From assembly GCA_016794465.1 (NCBI GenBank), contig JAEUKA010000067.1, positions 38,141 through 102,140 on the forward strand: DNA of 64,000 nt, written 5' to 3'. The DNA is from Myxococcales bacterium. GTDB taxonomy: Bacteria; Myxococcota_A; Polyangia; Palsa-1104; JAEUJZ01. The notes beneath the pieces were generated by a model that was not told the DNA's origin, did not search any database, and worked only from the letters and a program-made list of their open reading frames with translations. The number at the start of each line of letters is the position of its first letter. The first letter of the stretch is position 1. Below are positions 54,645 through 63,609 of the stretch, in pieces. The position numbers and the translations under genes were made by a program.

Positions 54645-55427
54645 ATGTTTGCGTCTCCGCCGCCTCGAAGTCGTGTGAGCTTGTTGCCGTCGCAGCGCTA
54701 TGTCGAACGGCTGTACTTGTCGTTCTCGCCGGTGTGGATGGCGATCATCGCCTACTGCATGCTGACCCACTGCTTTGCGAGGTGGGGCGATGTCGGACAC
54801 CTGCTGCTGGGCCTGGCGCTGTCGCTGCCGCTGTGGCTGCTGCCGCTGCTTCGTCCTCCGGCGATTGAGGTCGGTCAGCCGCTGTGGGCACGCCATAGCG
54901 CCAAAGCGAACCTGTTTATTGCGCTGATGAGCTTTGTGCAGTGCTACTTCGGGTCGGCAATGTTCTTCGACGGGCTGGGGATGGAGTATCACTTCCCGAC
55001 GAAGTGGCTCATCAATCGGACGCCGCTGTTTCTGTATTTCGTGACGGTGGCTTACTTTTCGACCTACTACGCGCTGATGCGGCTGGGGTTGCGGCTGTTT
55101 TTGGCGCGGGTGCCGAGAGCCTCGTCGGGAGTCGTGTGGGCGGTGACGGCGCTGCTGTCGTACAGCATGGCGTTTGCCGAGACGTTCTGTATGGCCAGTG
55201 AGTCGCTGCGCGCGTTCTTTTCGTACGCCGATCGGCACAAGGCGCTGCTGGTTGGCTCGGTGTGTTACGGGACGCTGTTTTTTGTCAGCCTGCCGGTGTT
55301 CCTGCGGATCGATGAAGATCCGCGCGCACCGACGCCAGCGTCGCGACTGTTCTTTCACACGATGGGCGCCAATCTGGTGATCCTGTGTGCGTATGAGGTC
55401 TACAAGGTACTCCTGCCGCTTTGGTAG
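54645..55427 (+). CDS. Polytopic membrane protein, possibly cycloeucalenol-cycloisomerase-like (low-confidence family guess)
   Basis: ORF track 260 aa, about 7 hydrophobic spans. Motifs WARHSAKANLFIALMSFVQCYFG, AFAETFCMA, SLPVFLRIDED. The family idea comes from memory only. Confidence 0.7.
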   Translation: MFASPPPRSRVSLLPSQRYVERLYLSFSPVWMAIIAYCMLTHCFARWGDVGHLLLGLALSLPLWLLPLLRPPAIEVGQPLWARHSAKANLFIALMSFVQCYFGSAMFFDGLGMEYHFPTKWLINRTPLFLYFVTVAYFSTYYALMRLGLRLFLARVPRASSGVVWAVTALLSYSMAFAETFCMASESLRAFFSYADRHKALLVGSVCYGTLFFVSLPVFLRIDEDPRAPTPASRLFFHTMGANLVILCAYEVYKVLLPLW

Positions 55428-55434
55428 CCGATTG

Positions 55435-58400
55435 CTATTGACAAAGGGCTGCTGCTGCCGGATCAGACGCAGCATCGCCGAGTAGCTCGCAGGCTTGTCG
55501 ACGCAGCGCCATCAGCGAGGATGGATAGCCCTTGACGCTGCGATCGCGACCGCCTGCCACCAGCACCAGCGTGCCATCGGAGGAAAACGTCACCGCGCGC
55601 GGATCTTCGGGACGGAGCACGAGCAGCTGAGTGCCAAGCTGGGCGTCGAAGACTCGCACCGTGCGGTCTTTTCCCAGCGTCACCACCGACTGTCCGTTCG
55701 GTGCAAAAGCGCCTTGCAGCGTTGGGCCCAGATGCCCCCACAGCGATCGGGTGACGCCGCCACCGAGGACAAAAGACCCCACCGCCGTGTGCTGTCCGAC
55801 GATCAGCAGCTGCGCGGTGAGCGGCGACCGAGACAGCCGACTTGGCACGGGCTCCGAGTCGAGCAAGCCGCGCAGCAGAATCGGCACGTTCGTCGGTCGT
55901 TCCCACAGCGTGACGCGACCACGCGAGCTGGCGGTGGCAATCAGCTTCCCGTCTGACGACAGCTCGACGGAAGTCACCGGATAGTTTGGATCGACGAGTC
56001 GCTCGATGAGCTGTCCGTCGCTGGCTCGCCACAGTGCAGCGGTGTGATCGCGACTGCTGCTGTGAACGATGCTGCCGTCGCTGGAAAAGCCGATCTGGGT
56101 CACCGGACCGCGATGCGCCGGCCACTTGCGTAGGCTCTTGCCACTTTCGAGCGATCTGATCTCGATGGTGCCGTCGCTGTTGCCGATGACGAGCTGAGCA
56201 CCGTCGTTCGCCAGCGCGACCTCGACCGCCGGACTGGCTTGCCACAGCAGCCTTGGGGGATCGTCGCTGTTCCAGATGGCACCGGCGCTGGTGACGGCCA
56301 GAAACGACTTTCCGTCGGGCAGCGGGAGCACCTTTTCGACCGAGTCCGCAAAGCCACGCAGCGACAGGGATGCCGCATCGGCCTGGGGCTGCCACAGTCG
56401 GACACTGCCATCACTGCTGCTGCTGAGCGCCAGCTCGTCACTGGCCGCCAGCGCCAGCACCGGATCGCTGTGTCCTTCGAGAGACGCCAGCAGCTTGCCC
56501 GTCGCAGGCTGAAGGCTCCAGATGCTGCCGTCGCTGCCGCCGATGAGCAAGCGCTCTCCGTGGGGTGACAAGGCGGCGACTCGAGGAGCGGTCGGGGTTC
56601 GGTACTCGAAGATCGATCGCTGGCTCGACGCATCGAAGGTCCGCAGCAGTCCGTCGCGTCCGAGCAGCAGCACCACCGTCGGAGACACATGGCGCGCCAG
56701 GAGCAGCCGCTGGCCACCCAGATCGAGGCTGCCGCGCAGGCTAAGGTCGGGCAAGGAGAAGACGCAGACCTTGGCTTGGCCACCGGCAACCACCAACAGC
56801 TGGCCGTCGCTGCCACTGCCTGTGGTGGTCAAAGAGAGCTGTCCGCCATCGCCGCGCTTGCTGTCGTCGCTGCAGGTCAGGGTTTTTTCGACGGAACCAT
56901 CAGTTATCCGGAGCACCTCGACGGAGCCACTGGCACTGGCGAGGAAGACCCGACCGGCTCCCACACGAGCGGAGCTGACTCGCTGACCACCGCCGTCGAA
57001 GCGCCGACGCAGCTGCCCGCTCGGTAGTTCCCACAGGGCAGCGCTGCCATCGAGGCTGGCACTGAGCATCAGCTTGCCGTCATCGACCACCATCAGCTCC
57101 GAGATGCGATCACGATGGGCGGCGAGGGTCACCAGCAACCGACCTTCGGGAATCGCAAACAGCCGCACACTCCCGTCGAGATAACCGACCACCAGCGTAC
57201 TTTGGTCTTTCCACACCAGATGGGTGGCCTTGCTCGTCGCTGAAAGCGTGTGAAGGGGGACTCGCTGGCCTTGGTGATAGATTCGCACCGGCCCTTCCTC
57301 GGCGGCGACAGCTTGCCACTGTCCCGTCGGAGACAACGCAACCGTGTGGGCCGCCGGACCGAACAGCGGAAGCGATCGCCGAATTGCTCGCAGGGCCACA
57401 AACAGCCCTTCTTGCGCCTGAGAGATCGGCACCGTCGCCTCCGCCGACATCGGCAGTGTGGCTCGCAGCGCGGTCTTAAGGGCCAACAGCTCACTTCCGG
57501 GTAGCTGCGCGAGGTTGATAGCCCGCATGCCTAGCTCGGACTGCTCAGCCGTCTCACGAAGGCGCTTTTGTTCAGCGGCAGTCTGGTACTGCCAGGTCAG
57601 CAGCAGCGCCAGCAACGGCAGCAGCAGCAAGCCCACGACGACACCGCGCTGGGTGCGCTGACGACTTCGGCTCTGCCGCTGCGACAAGGTCAGGAAGTGC
57701 TGCGATCGCTCGGTGAGCAGCTGGGGCTCGATGCTCAGCAGCTCGACTTCGAGGAGCCGACGCTCATTCCAGAGCAGATCGGGGCTCTGCCCAAGCCGTT
57801 CCCACTCTGCCGCTGCTTGGGCCAGGCGCTCGATGACTACTCGTCGCTCGCCTTCACTGTCGATCCAGCGCCGCAGCTCGTCCCAGGCTTTGACCAGCGC
57901 TTCGTGGGCCAGCTCGTACGCCGTCTCACCGCCGACTTCTCGCGCGAGCAGGAGCCGCCCCCGCACCAGGGCTTCGAGCGCCACCGGCTCGGCGGGATCG
58001 GTGGTGCGCAGGTCCGAGAGGAGTCGGGTGGCCCGCAGTCCCTCGGCAGTGAGGAGCCGCAAAAGGAGCCGCTTGGCCGCCACTCGTTCCGTCGGGAGCA
58101 TGGCACGATAGACCTGATCGGCATGACGAGCCAGGGCGCCAAACACCCCACCAATCGTCGTCAGCGCGGACTCGGTAATGACGCCCGAGCTGGTGTCGCG
58201 GGCTTCCCACAGCTCGGCGAGCGCAAACTGTAGCAGTGGCAGTCCTCCGTCGGTGTGCAGCGTCGAGCGGAGCAGCTCATCCACCAGCTGAGTCGACTCA
58301 AAGTGAACGCCCAGCTGCGCTGCTGGCTCGATGATCGCTTGCCGCAGCCCATCGGACGACAGCGGTCGCACAATGTAGAGCCGCGACGAGAATTCCCGAC

Positions 58401-60060
58401 CCAGGCCGGGCAGGGCGGACAGCCGCGTCAGAAAATCCCCGCGCGCACTCAGCAGCACCCGCAGACCCGGCGCTCGAACCGTCAGCAGGCCCAGCCACTC
58501 CGATAGCAGCTCAGCCTCGAACGGCTCGCTCTGGGTGATGAGCTCTTCGAGCTGATCGAACAGCAGCAGCAGCCCTCCGGTGTCGCGGGGATGACGCTGC
58601 AGCAGTCGAGCCAGCTCCTGGGGATCTGTGCGCAAAAGACTGTAAAGTTCCGTCGCTGGACTGCCCATCACCGGCGCCAGCGCATCGCACAGCGCGCGAC
58701 CGGGTGTGTGTCCTGGTAGGACTTCGACCAGCTGATACTCACGCTGATCGCCGAGTGCCCCGGCCAGGACCGCTGCTGCCACTCCCGCCCGACACAGCGA
58801 CGACTTGCCGACGCCAGAGTCGCCCGCGAGCAGCAACAGCGGCTGGCTGCGCAGACGGGTGAGAAGCTCTGTCACCTCGCTGCCGCGACCGAAGAACACG
58901 CCGCTATCGCTGATATCAAACGGTCGTAGGCCCAAGAACGGGTTGCCACTGCGCCTGACTTTGGGGGTGCCGCCGAGCCGATCCAGCGCATGACATAGCT
59001 CATCCACCGACGCAAAACGAGCCGCCGGACTGCGCACAAGACAGCGATCGATTATCTCACCCAGTCGTACATCCAGGTCAGGCGCGAGCACATGAACCTT
59101 GGGCGGCGGCTCGCTCATCACCTTCAGCTCCAGCGCGAGCAGGTTGTCCGCAAGGTAGGGCGGCTGTCCCGTCGCCAGCTCAAACAGCACCGCCCCCAGC
59201 GAATACAGATCCGATCGCGGCGAGGCCGCTTGCCCCTGCCAGATCTCCGGCGCCATGTAGAGCGGGGTGCCCAGGACGGCTCCGTCTTGCGTCAAGTCCT
59301 TGCGCTGGAGAGGCTGAGGCTGCGGGCTGCGTTCATCGCTGTGCTGGGTCTGCTGCAGGGCCAGCTGCGCAGTCGAAACGTCATCGCCCCCAACCAGGGC
59401 TTCGTCGCCCATCTCGGCCTCATGGGCTTCCGACACCGCATCTTCCGCTGGCGCGGTCTGAGCGAGCCGTGGTGGGGGCGGCAGCGACGGACTTTCCGAG
59501 GCTGTGCCCGTCGGGCGGCGATCGGTCAGCTTGGCCAGTCCGAAGTCGAGCACCTTGACCGTTCCATCATCGGTCACGATCGCGTTGTGGGGCTTCACGT
59601 CACGATGCAGCACGCCGCGCTGATGCGCCGCCGACAGACCTCGCGCCAGACCAAGTCCCAGCTCTCGCACTTTCGGACTGGGCAGCGGCCGAGGCAGACG
59701 ATCCAGGCTGGTTCCGCGCACGAACTCTGACACCAGGAATGGCTGACCGAGCAGCTCACCGATGCGATAAATGCCGACGACGTTGCCGTGAGACAGCCGC
59801 GCGATCGCCCTCGCTTCGATCAAAAAGCGCTGCCGGGCGGCGCGGTCTTTTTGCAGCGACAGCAGAAACTTCAGCGCCACTGGCCGGTCAAGCAGCGTGT
59901 CCTGCGCCAGGTAGACACAGCCCATCGCGCCATGACCCAGGGATCGCGAGAGTCGGTATTCCTCGATGAGCGGCAGCTTGTCCAGCTCGGTGTCGGGAAT
60001 CCGCCCGGCGATAAGCGCCCCGAGAAGCTCGGTCGTGAATACTGCTGGATAGATCACCAT
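55435..60060 (-). CDS. Ser/Thr protein kinase fused to a P-loop STAND-type NTPase, one TM segment and multiple WD40 beta-propeller repeats
   Basis: ORF track 1541 aa. HRDVKPHNAIV, DFGLAKL. FLGLRPFDISDSGVFFGRGSEV...LLLAGDSGVGKSSL. TM segment VVVGLLLLPLLALLLTW. Many WD40-like repeats (..DGS.R.W..). Confidence 0.9.
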   Translation of the reverse strand: MVIYPAVFTTELLGALIAGRIPDTELDKLPLIEEYRLSRSLGHGAMGCVYLAQDTLLDRPVALKFLLSLQKDRAARQRFLIEARAIARLSHGNVVGIYRIGELLGQPFLVSEFVRGTSLDRLPRPLPSPKVRELGLGLARGLSAAHQRGVLHRDVKPHNAIVTDDGTVKVLDFGLAKLTDRRPTGTASESPSLPPPPRLAQTAPAEDAVSEAHEAEMGDEALVGGDDVSTAQLALQQTQHSDERSPQPQPLQRKDLTQDGAVLGTPLYMAPEIWQGQAASPRSDLYSLGAVLFELATGQPPYLADNLLALELKVMSEPPPKVHVLAPDLDVRLGEIIDRCLVRSPAARFASVDELCHALDRLGGTPKVRRSGNPFLGLRPFDISDSGVFFGRGSEVTELLTRLRSQPLLLLAGDSGVGKSSLCRAGVAAAVLAGALGDQREYQLVEVLPGHTPGRALCDALAPVMGSPATELYSLLRTDPQELARLLQRHPRDTGGLLLLFDQLEELITQSEPFEAELLSEWLGLLTVRAPGLRVLLSARGDFLTRLSALPGLGREFSSRLYIVRPLSSDGLRQAIIEPAAQLGVHFESTQLVDELLRSTLHTDGGLPLLQFALAELWEARDTSSGVITESALTTIGGVFGALARHADQVYRAMLPTERVAAKRLLLRLLTAEGLRATRLLSDLRTTDPAEPVALEALVRGRLLLAREVGGETAYELAHEALVKAWDELRRWIDSEGERRVVIERLAQAAAEWERLGQSPDLLWNERRLLEVELLSIEPQLLTERSQHFLTLSQRQSRSRQRTQRGVVVGLLLLPLLALLLTWQYQTAAEQKRLRETAEQSELGMRAINLAQLPGSELLALKTALRATLPMSAEATVPISQAQEGLFVALRAIRRSLPLFGPAAHTVALSPTGQWQAVAAEEGPVRIYHQGQRVPLHTLSATSKATHLVWKDQSTLVVGYLDGSVRLFAIPEGRLLVTLAAHRDRISELMVVDDGKLMLSASLDGSAALWELPSGQLRRRFDGGGQRVSSARVGAGRVFLASASGSVEVLRITDGSVEKTLTCSDDSKRGDGGQLSLTTTGSGSDGQLLVVAGGQAKVCVFSLPDLSLRGSLDLGGQRLLLARHVSPTVVLLLGRDGLLRTFDASSQRSIFEYRTPTAPRVAALSPHGERLLIGGSDGSIWSLQPATGKLLASLEGHSDPVLALAASDELALSSSSDGSVRLWQPQADAASLSLRGFADSVEKVLPLPDGKSFLAVTSAGAIWNSDDPPRLLWQASPAVEVALANDGAQLVIGNSDGTIEIRSLESGKSLRKWPAHRGPVTQIGFSSDGSIVHSSSRDHTAALWRASDGQLIERLVDPNYPVTSVELSSDGKLIATASSRGRVTLWERPTNVPILLRGLLDSEPVPSRLSRSPLTAQLLIVGQHTAVGSFVLGGGVTRSLWGHLGPTLQGAFAPNGQSVVTLGKDRTVRVFDAQLGTQLLVLRPEDPRAVTFSSDGTLVLVAGGRDRSVKGYPSSLMALRRQACELLGDAASDPAAAALCQ

Positions 60061-60189
60061 GAAGGCACCGCGCAGCTCCTAACAGGCTATCACGGTGCTT
60101 GGCTCGACGGAGTGCAAGCTTTGCTCGCGATTTTTCGTCGAGAAGGCAAGATAAGTACATAGACCCAAATGGGGAAGGAGACTGGCTAC

Positions 60190-60798
60190 ATGCGCAGGTC
60201 CAAAGTGAGTCAGATTGCCGTGTTGTGCGGCACTCTGCTGGGTTCACAGGGGTTGGGAATCTCGGTGGCGCAGGCCTCTGTCCTGACCAAGCTGTCGCTG
60301 TCCGATATGACCGCCCGCGCCGAGCAGGTGCTGGTTGGCCGCGTCGAGCGGGTCGATTCCAAGCTGGCTCCTGGTCATGATGGCTTCATCATCACAGAGG
60401 TCCAGATTCGCTGTAATCGCAGCATTCGCGGAGTCAAAGAAGGAGCACTCCTGACGGTTCGTCATCTCGGTGGTGCCGTTGGAGAGCTTGGACAGAGAGT
60501 GTTTGGCGAGGCCTCCTATCAAGTGGGGGAAGAGGTCGTTCTGCTCGCAGAGCTGCGCGAAGGAGCGCTGTATTCAGTGGGAATGGCACAGGGCAAGCTT
60601 CATGTCGATCGCTCGACGGGAACCCCACGCGTCCAGGTTGACTTGGCGGGCGCAGAGCTGCTTGCTCCTACGGGAACGGATGCGATTCCTACTGCGCAAG
60701 GAGTCCCTCTGGAGGTGCTGATAGGACAGCTGACAGAGCTGGTGCGGCGGATTCCTTCTCCATCGGAACGGAGTCGTGCCACAGGACAAAAGCCATGA
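60190..60798 (+). CDS. Secreted protein of unknown function
   Basis: In frame with ORF 60169..60798. ATG 60190 follows AAGGAG at the proper spacing. Signal peptide MRRSKVSQIAVLCGTLLGSQGLGISVAQA. Stop overlaps the next start. Confidence 0.5.
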   Translation: MRRSKVSQIAVLCGTLLGSQGLGISVAQASVLTKLSLSDMTARAEQVLVGRVERVDSKLAPGHDGFIITEVQIRCNRSIRGVKEGALLTVRHLGGAVGELGQRVFGEASYQVGEEVVLLAELREGALYSVGMAQGKLHVDRSTGTPRVQVDLAGAELLAPTGTDAIPTAQGVPLEVLIGQLTELVRRIPSPSERSRATGQKP

Positions 60799-61766
60799 CG
60801 CGTCTGGTGGCGACCGCGACCGGTCTTGCGGCACTCCTGCTTTGTGCGGATTCCGCGCTTGGCTATGTCCGTTCACGCACCCAAGACAGCTGTCTGCCGG
60901 TGTACTGGAAACAGAGCTGCGTCTTCATTCAACCCGACGGCAACTATGTCTCTGATGTGGCCGGTCCAGAGGTCGAGCGGATCGTGCAAAAGTCGATCGC
61001 AAGCTGGATGACGCGAGCCGGAAACTCCTTTCTGAAGCTCAACTATCTGCCCGCAGCCGGAGCCAAGGAACTTACCTACAAAGATCACCTGTCCGTCATC
61101 ATCTTTCGCACCGGCAGCAAGTTCTGTCGTCCTGCGACAGCGGGTGCGATGCAGGTCTGTTACGACGCATCCGCAGCAGCGGTGACGACCGTGTCCTATA
61201 TCAACAAAAAGGGCGATCCCAGCGACGGACTGATTATCGATGCCGACATCGAGATGAACGCCGTCAACAACCAGTTTGTCGAGATTGGCAAGCCACTTCC
61301 CCCTGCGGATGGACGCAATCAGACCGATCTCGAAAATACGCTCACGCATGAGCTGGGTCACCTGCTGGGACTCGATCACACCTGCCGCTTGAGTGCCGAT
61401 CCGACCTGCATGGTGGATGATCAAGGTCAGCCTCGACAGACCTGCGATACGATCGAACGACAACGACTCCTCATCCCAGCGTATCAGGAGCTGTATCAGA
61501 CGACGATGTTTGCGATTGCGCCGCCGAAAGACACGGAGAAGCGGACTCCCAAAGCCGATGACATTGCTGGCATTGCTGCTGTCTCTCCGATCGCCAATGA
61601 TCCGAAGAGCTGTGAAGAACCGCAGACCACAGACAGCAGCGGCTGCAAGTGCGAGCTGGGAAGTGCTGGCCAGGCCCCGCTTGGGACGCTGATTGGGCTG
61701 GGCGCTGCGCTGCTGGCACTGCTCGGTCGGCGGCGGCTTCGACTGCGCAATCTCCATCAATATTAG
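60795..61766 (+). CDS. Matrixin-like (HExxHxxGxxH) zinc metalloprotease with MYXO-CTERM-like sorting tail
   Basis: ORF track 323 aa. Signal peptide. HELGHLLGLDH. C-terminus SSGCKCELGS...LIGLGAALLALLGRRRLRLR (Cys motif plus TM plus Arg cluster). Confidence 0.8.
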   Translation: MTRLVATATGLAALLLCADSALGYVRSRTQDSCLPVYWKQSCVFIQPDGNYVSDVAGPEVERIVQKSIASWMTRAGNSFLKLNYLPAAGAKELTYKDHLSVIIFRTGSKFCRPATAGAMQVCYDASAAAVTTVSYINKKGDPSDGLIIDADIEMNAVNNQFVEIGKPLPPADGRNQTDLENTLTHELGHLLGLDHTCRLSADPTCMVDDQGQPRQTCDTIERQRLLIPAYQELYQTTMFAIAPPKDTEKRTPKADDIAGIAAVSPIANDPKSCEEPQTTDSSGCKCELGSAGQAPLGTLIGLGAALLALLGRRRLRLRNLHQY

Positions 61767-61786
61767 TCATACAATACGATTCATAT
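61760..61786. repeat. AT-rich motif ATATTAGTCATA-CAA-TACGATTCATAT (motif copy 2)
   Basis: The first 17 nt are identical to the reverse complement of 50309-50335. The second arm is degenerate. Contains the TAG stop of the metalloprotease gene. Fills the 24-nt gap between convergent genes. Confidence 0.8.
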
Positions 61787-61790
61787 TCAG

Positions 61791-62171
61791 CTAAGGAGCC
61801 CCACAAGCCAGCCACTCTGCCAGCTGGCGGCGCTCTTCTGCCGTTGGATCATCTGGGCCCGGCGGCATCGAGTTGTTGTCCGCTGCGGAACGGACAAAGA
61901 TCCGCGCTCGGTGACGCTGAATCTGTTCGACTGTATCGAAGATGAACTCGCCAGGAGCACCCTGCCGGTCGATCGACTGCGAGCCATGACAGCTCTGACA
62001 ATGGGAATCCATGAAGGTCGCGCCGAAGTTTCCGTAGCGCAGGGTGGTACCCGCTGGCGGACAAGGATAGGAGTCGATCTCGGTGTAAAACAGACTGCAC
62101 GCGGCAACGGCGACAAGTCCAAGGGCCGCTGCCTTTGGGAGTGTGCGCAAGGTGGCCATAGGAGTCCTCAT
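61791..62171 (-). CDS. c-type cytochrome-like lipoprotein
   Basis: ORF track 126 aa. Signal/lipobox AVAACS. Single CQSCH haem-binding motif. Confidence 0.65.
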   Translation of the reverse strand: MRTPMATLRTLPKAAALGLVAVAACSLFYTEIDSYPCPPAGTTLRYGNFGATFMDSHCQSCHGSQSIDRQGAPGEFIFDTVEQIQRHRARIFVRSAADNNSMPPGPDDPTAEERRQLAEWLACGAP

Positions 62172-62740
62172 TAGAACAAGCGGAAGGCGCCGCCAGCGAC
62201 GATACCTGCGAAGCCGTAGATCGATGGTCCAGAGGAATACGTCAAGTAACTTACGGCCACTTCCGGACCCACTGTTAGCTCGTATTTGGGCTTGCGGTGC
62301 GCGATGAAGTCACAGCCAATTCCGACTTGAACGCCAGCGCGATGACGGATTCCGGTTCCGATTCCGAGCAGTGCTAAAGCGGGCTGCTCGGCCACTGCTG
62401 CGAGCGACTCCTCATGCTGATGAATGAACGAGACACTGAGCCTTCCGTATGCTCGCTCGCCCAGATACCCGCCTCCCGAAAGTCCAACCAAGATGGCGGT
62501 TAGCTGACGCTGGTCGACGCGACCGTAGCCCAGCCGACCCTGCACCACCAGCGCGATGCTGCGATACAAGCGGAGTCCCAAAGCCAGACTCCCAACCCCC
62601 AGCGGATCGCTGCGCCAGGTCGTGCCTCCTGCCGCGAGCCCGATGGACACCAGCAGCTGGCCACGCGGCTTATCCGCGATAGGAGCCGGCGCAGACACTG
62701 TAACAACCGGAGGACTTTCAACCGCAGAGTCGACCTGCAT
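62171..62740 (-). CDS. Possible small outer-membrane beta-barrel protein
   Basis: ORF track 189 aa. Alternating Gly/aromatic beta-strand pattern ending ...AGGAFRLF (C-terminal Phe). No clear signal peptide at the listed start. TAATG overlap with the cytochrome gene. Confidence 0.45.
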   Translation of the reverse strand: MQVDSAVESPPVVTVSAPAPIADKPRGQLLVSIGLAAGGTTWRSDPLGVGSLALGLRLYRSIALVVQGRLGYGRVDQRQLTAILVGLSGGGYLGERAYGRLSVSFIHQHEESLAAVAEQPALALLGIGTGIRHRAGVQVGIGCDFIAHRKPKYELTVGPEVAVSYLTYSSGPSIYGFAGIVAGGAFRLF

Positions 62741-62770
62741 GCGCCAAGGTATACGCCAAGCGGGGTGGTC

Positions 62771-62998
62771 CTAAAAAGCAATCTCCTGACTGTCTCCGGT
62801 CTTGGGATCGATAAGACACAGCGACTTGCCGAGCTTGCGGGCCCGCAGTGCCAGATCCAGGAGTCCCAGTGCACGCGCAATCAGCGAGCCGCCGTCGTCG
62901 GTGCCAACCTGCTCCATCAGCGAAATCAGGAGCCGCGCCGCTGTACCCCCAACGCGCACTTGGACCGGCTGCGGTCGTTCTTCCATGTCCATCGCCAA
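62771..62998 (-). CDS. Small hypothetical protein
   Basis: ORF track 75 aa. Co-directional and tightly spaced between the lipoprotein and barrel-like genes. No family recognised. Confidence 0.35.
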   Translation of the reverse strand: MAMDMEERPQPVQVRVGGTAARLLISLMEQVGTDDGGSLIARALGLLDLALRARKLGKSLCLIDPKTGDSQEIAF

Positions 62999-63005
62999 GG
63001 CTCCT

Positions 63006-63494
63006 TTAAGGAATCGTGAACAGCTGCTCGAGTCGATCGGCAGTTCGGTGAAGTTCGGTCAGCAGTGGCGGCGGCAGCGTCGGCACAGGCGCACACTTGC
63101 CATCGACCTCCGACTCACCAAAGCGAAGGGTTGCGGGAATACAGCGCTTGGCTTGGGCTTCGATCGTCACGCGGTTGTCGAATGCACGCTTCTCGATGCG
63201 CAGCAGATAGCGTCGCACCAGCTTGGTTTGCTGTTCGTGAAGTGGCTCTCCGGTGTGGGTCGTTTCCTCCCAGCGCGTCTCGATGAGTCCCGGTGACACC
63301 GTGGTCGGATACAGACCGACTTTTTTGACCGACTCCAGCAGTGCGTCGGTGGGCTCCCGCGCGAGCAGCGTGGTCGAAAATGATACCGGTCCCGTTGGTG
63401 GCGGTGTGCATCCAGCGGCCAAGCAGGCGCCGAGCAGCACCGTGGCCAGCTCGCGGGCCGGGGCGAAGATCCGCAGGAAAAAGAGAGCGTTCAT
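63006..63494 (-). CDS. Lipoprotein of unknown function
   Basis: Internal ATG 63494 of ORF 63006..63965 gives MNALFFLRIFAPARELATVLLGACLAAGC (lipobox). The upstream part of the listed ORF is antisense to the VIT gene. Confidence 0.55.
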   Translation of the reverse strand: MNALFFLRIFAPARELATVLLGACLAAGCTPPPTGPVSFSTTLLAREPTDALLESVKKVGLYPTTVSPGLIETRWEETTHTGEPLHEQQTKLVRRYLLRIEKRAFDNRVTIEAQAKRCIPATLRFGESEVDGKCAPVPTLPPPLLTELHRTADRLEQLFTIP

Positions 63495-63609
63495 AGCGTC
63501 AAGCTCACGGCGTACTCGGTCCAAAGTCAAGGTTCCCCGCGACTGCCGTTGGCTCGTAAGATGAAACGATCGCGCCTGTAGGCTGCGACCCAACGTGAGG
63601 AGTTCCCTG

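Noticed and set aside
52920-55475. 851-aa minus-strand ORF in the track
   Set aside because: It is extremely Arg/His/Gln/Pro-rich and low in complexity. It is fully antisense to a well-supported kinase (52992..54611) and membrane protein (54645..55427). This is a typical high-GC shadow ORF.
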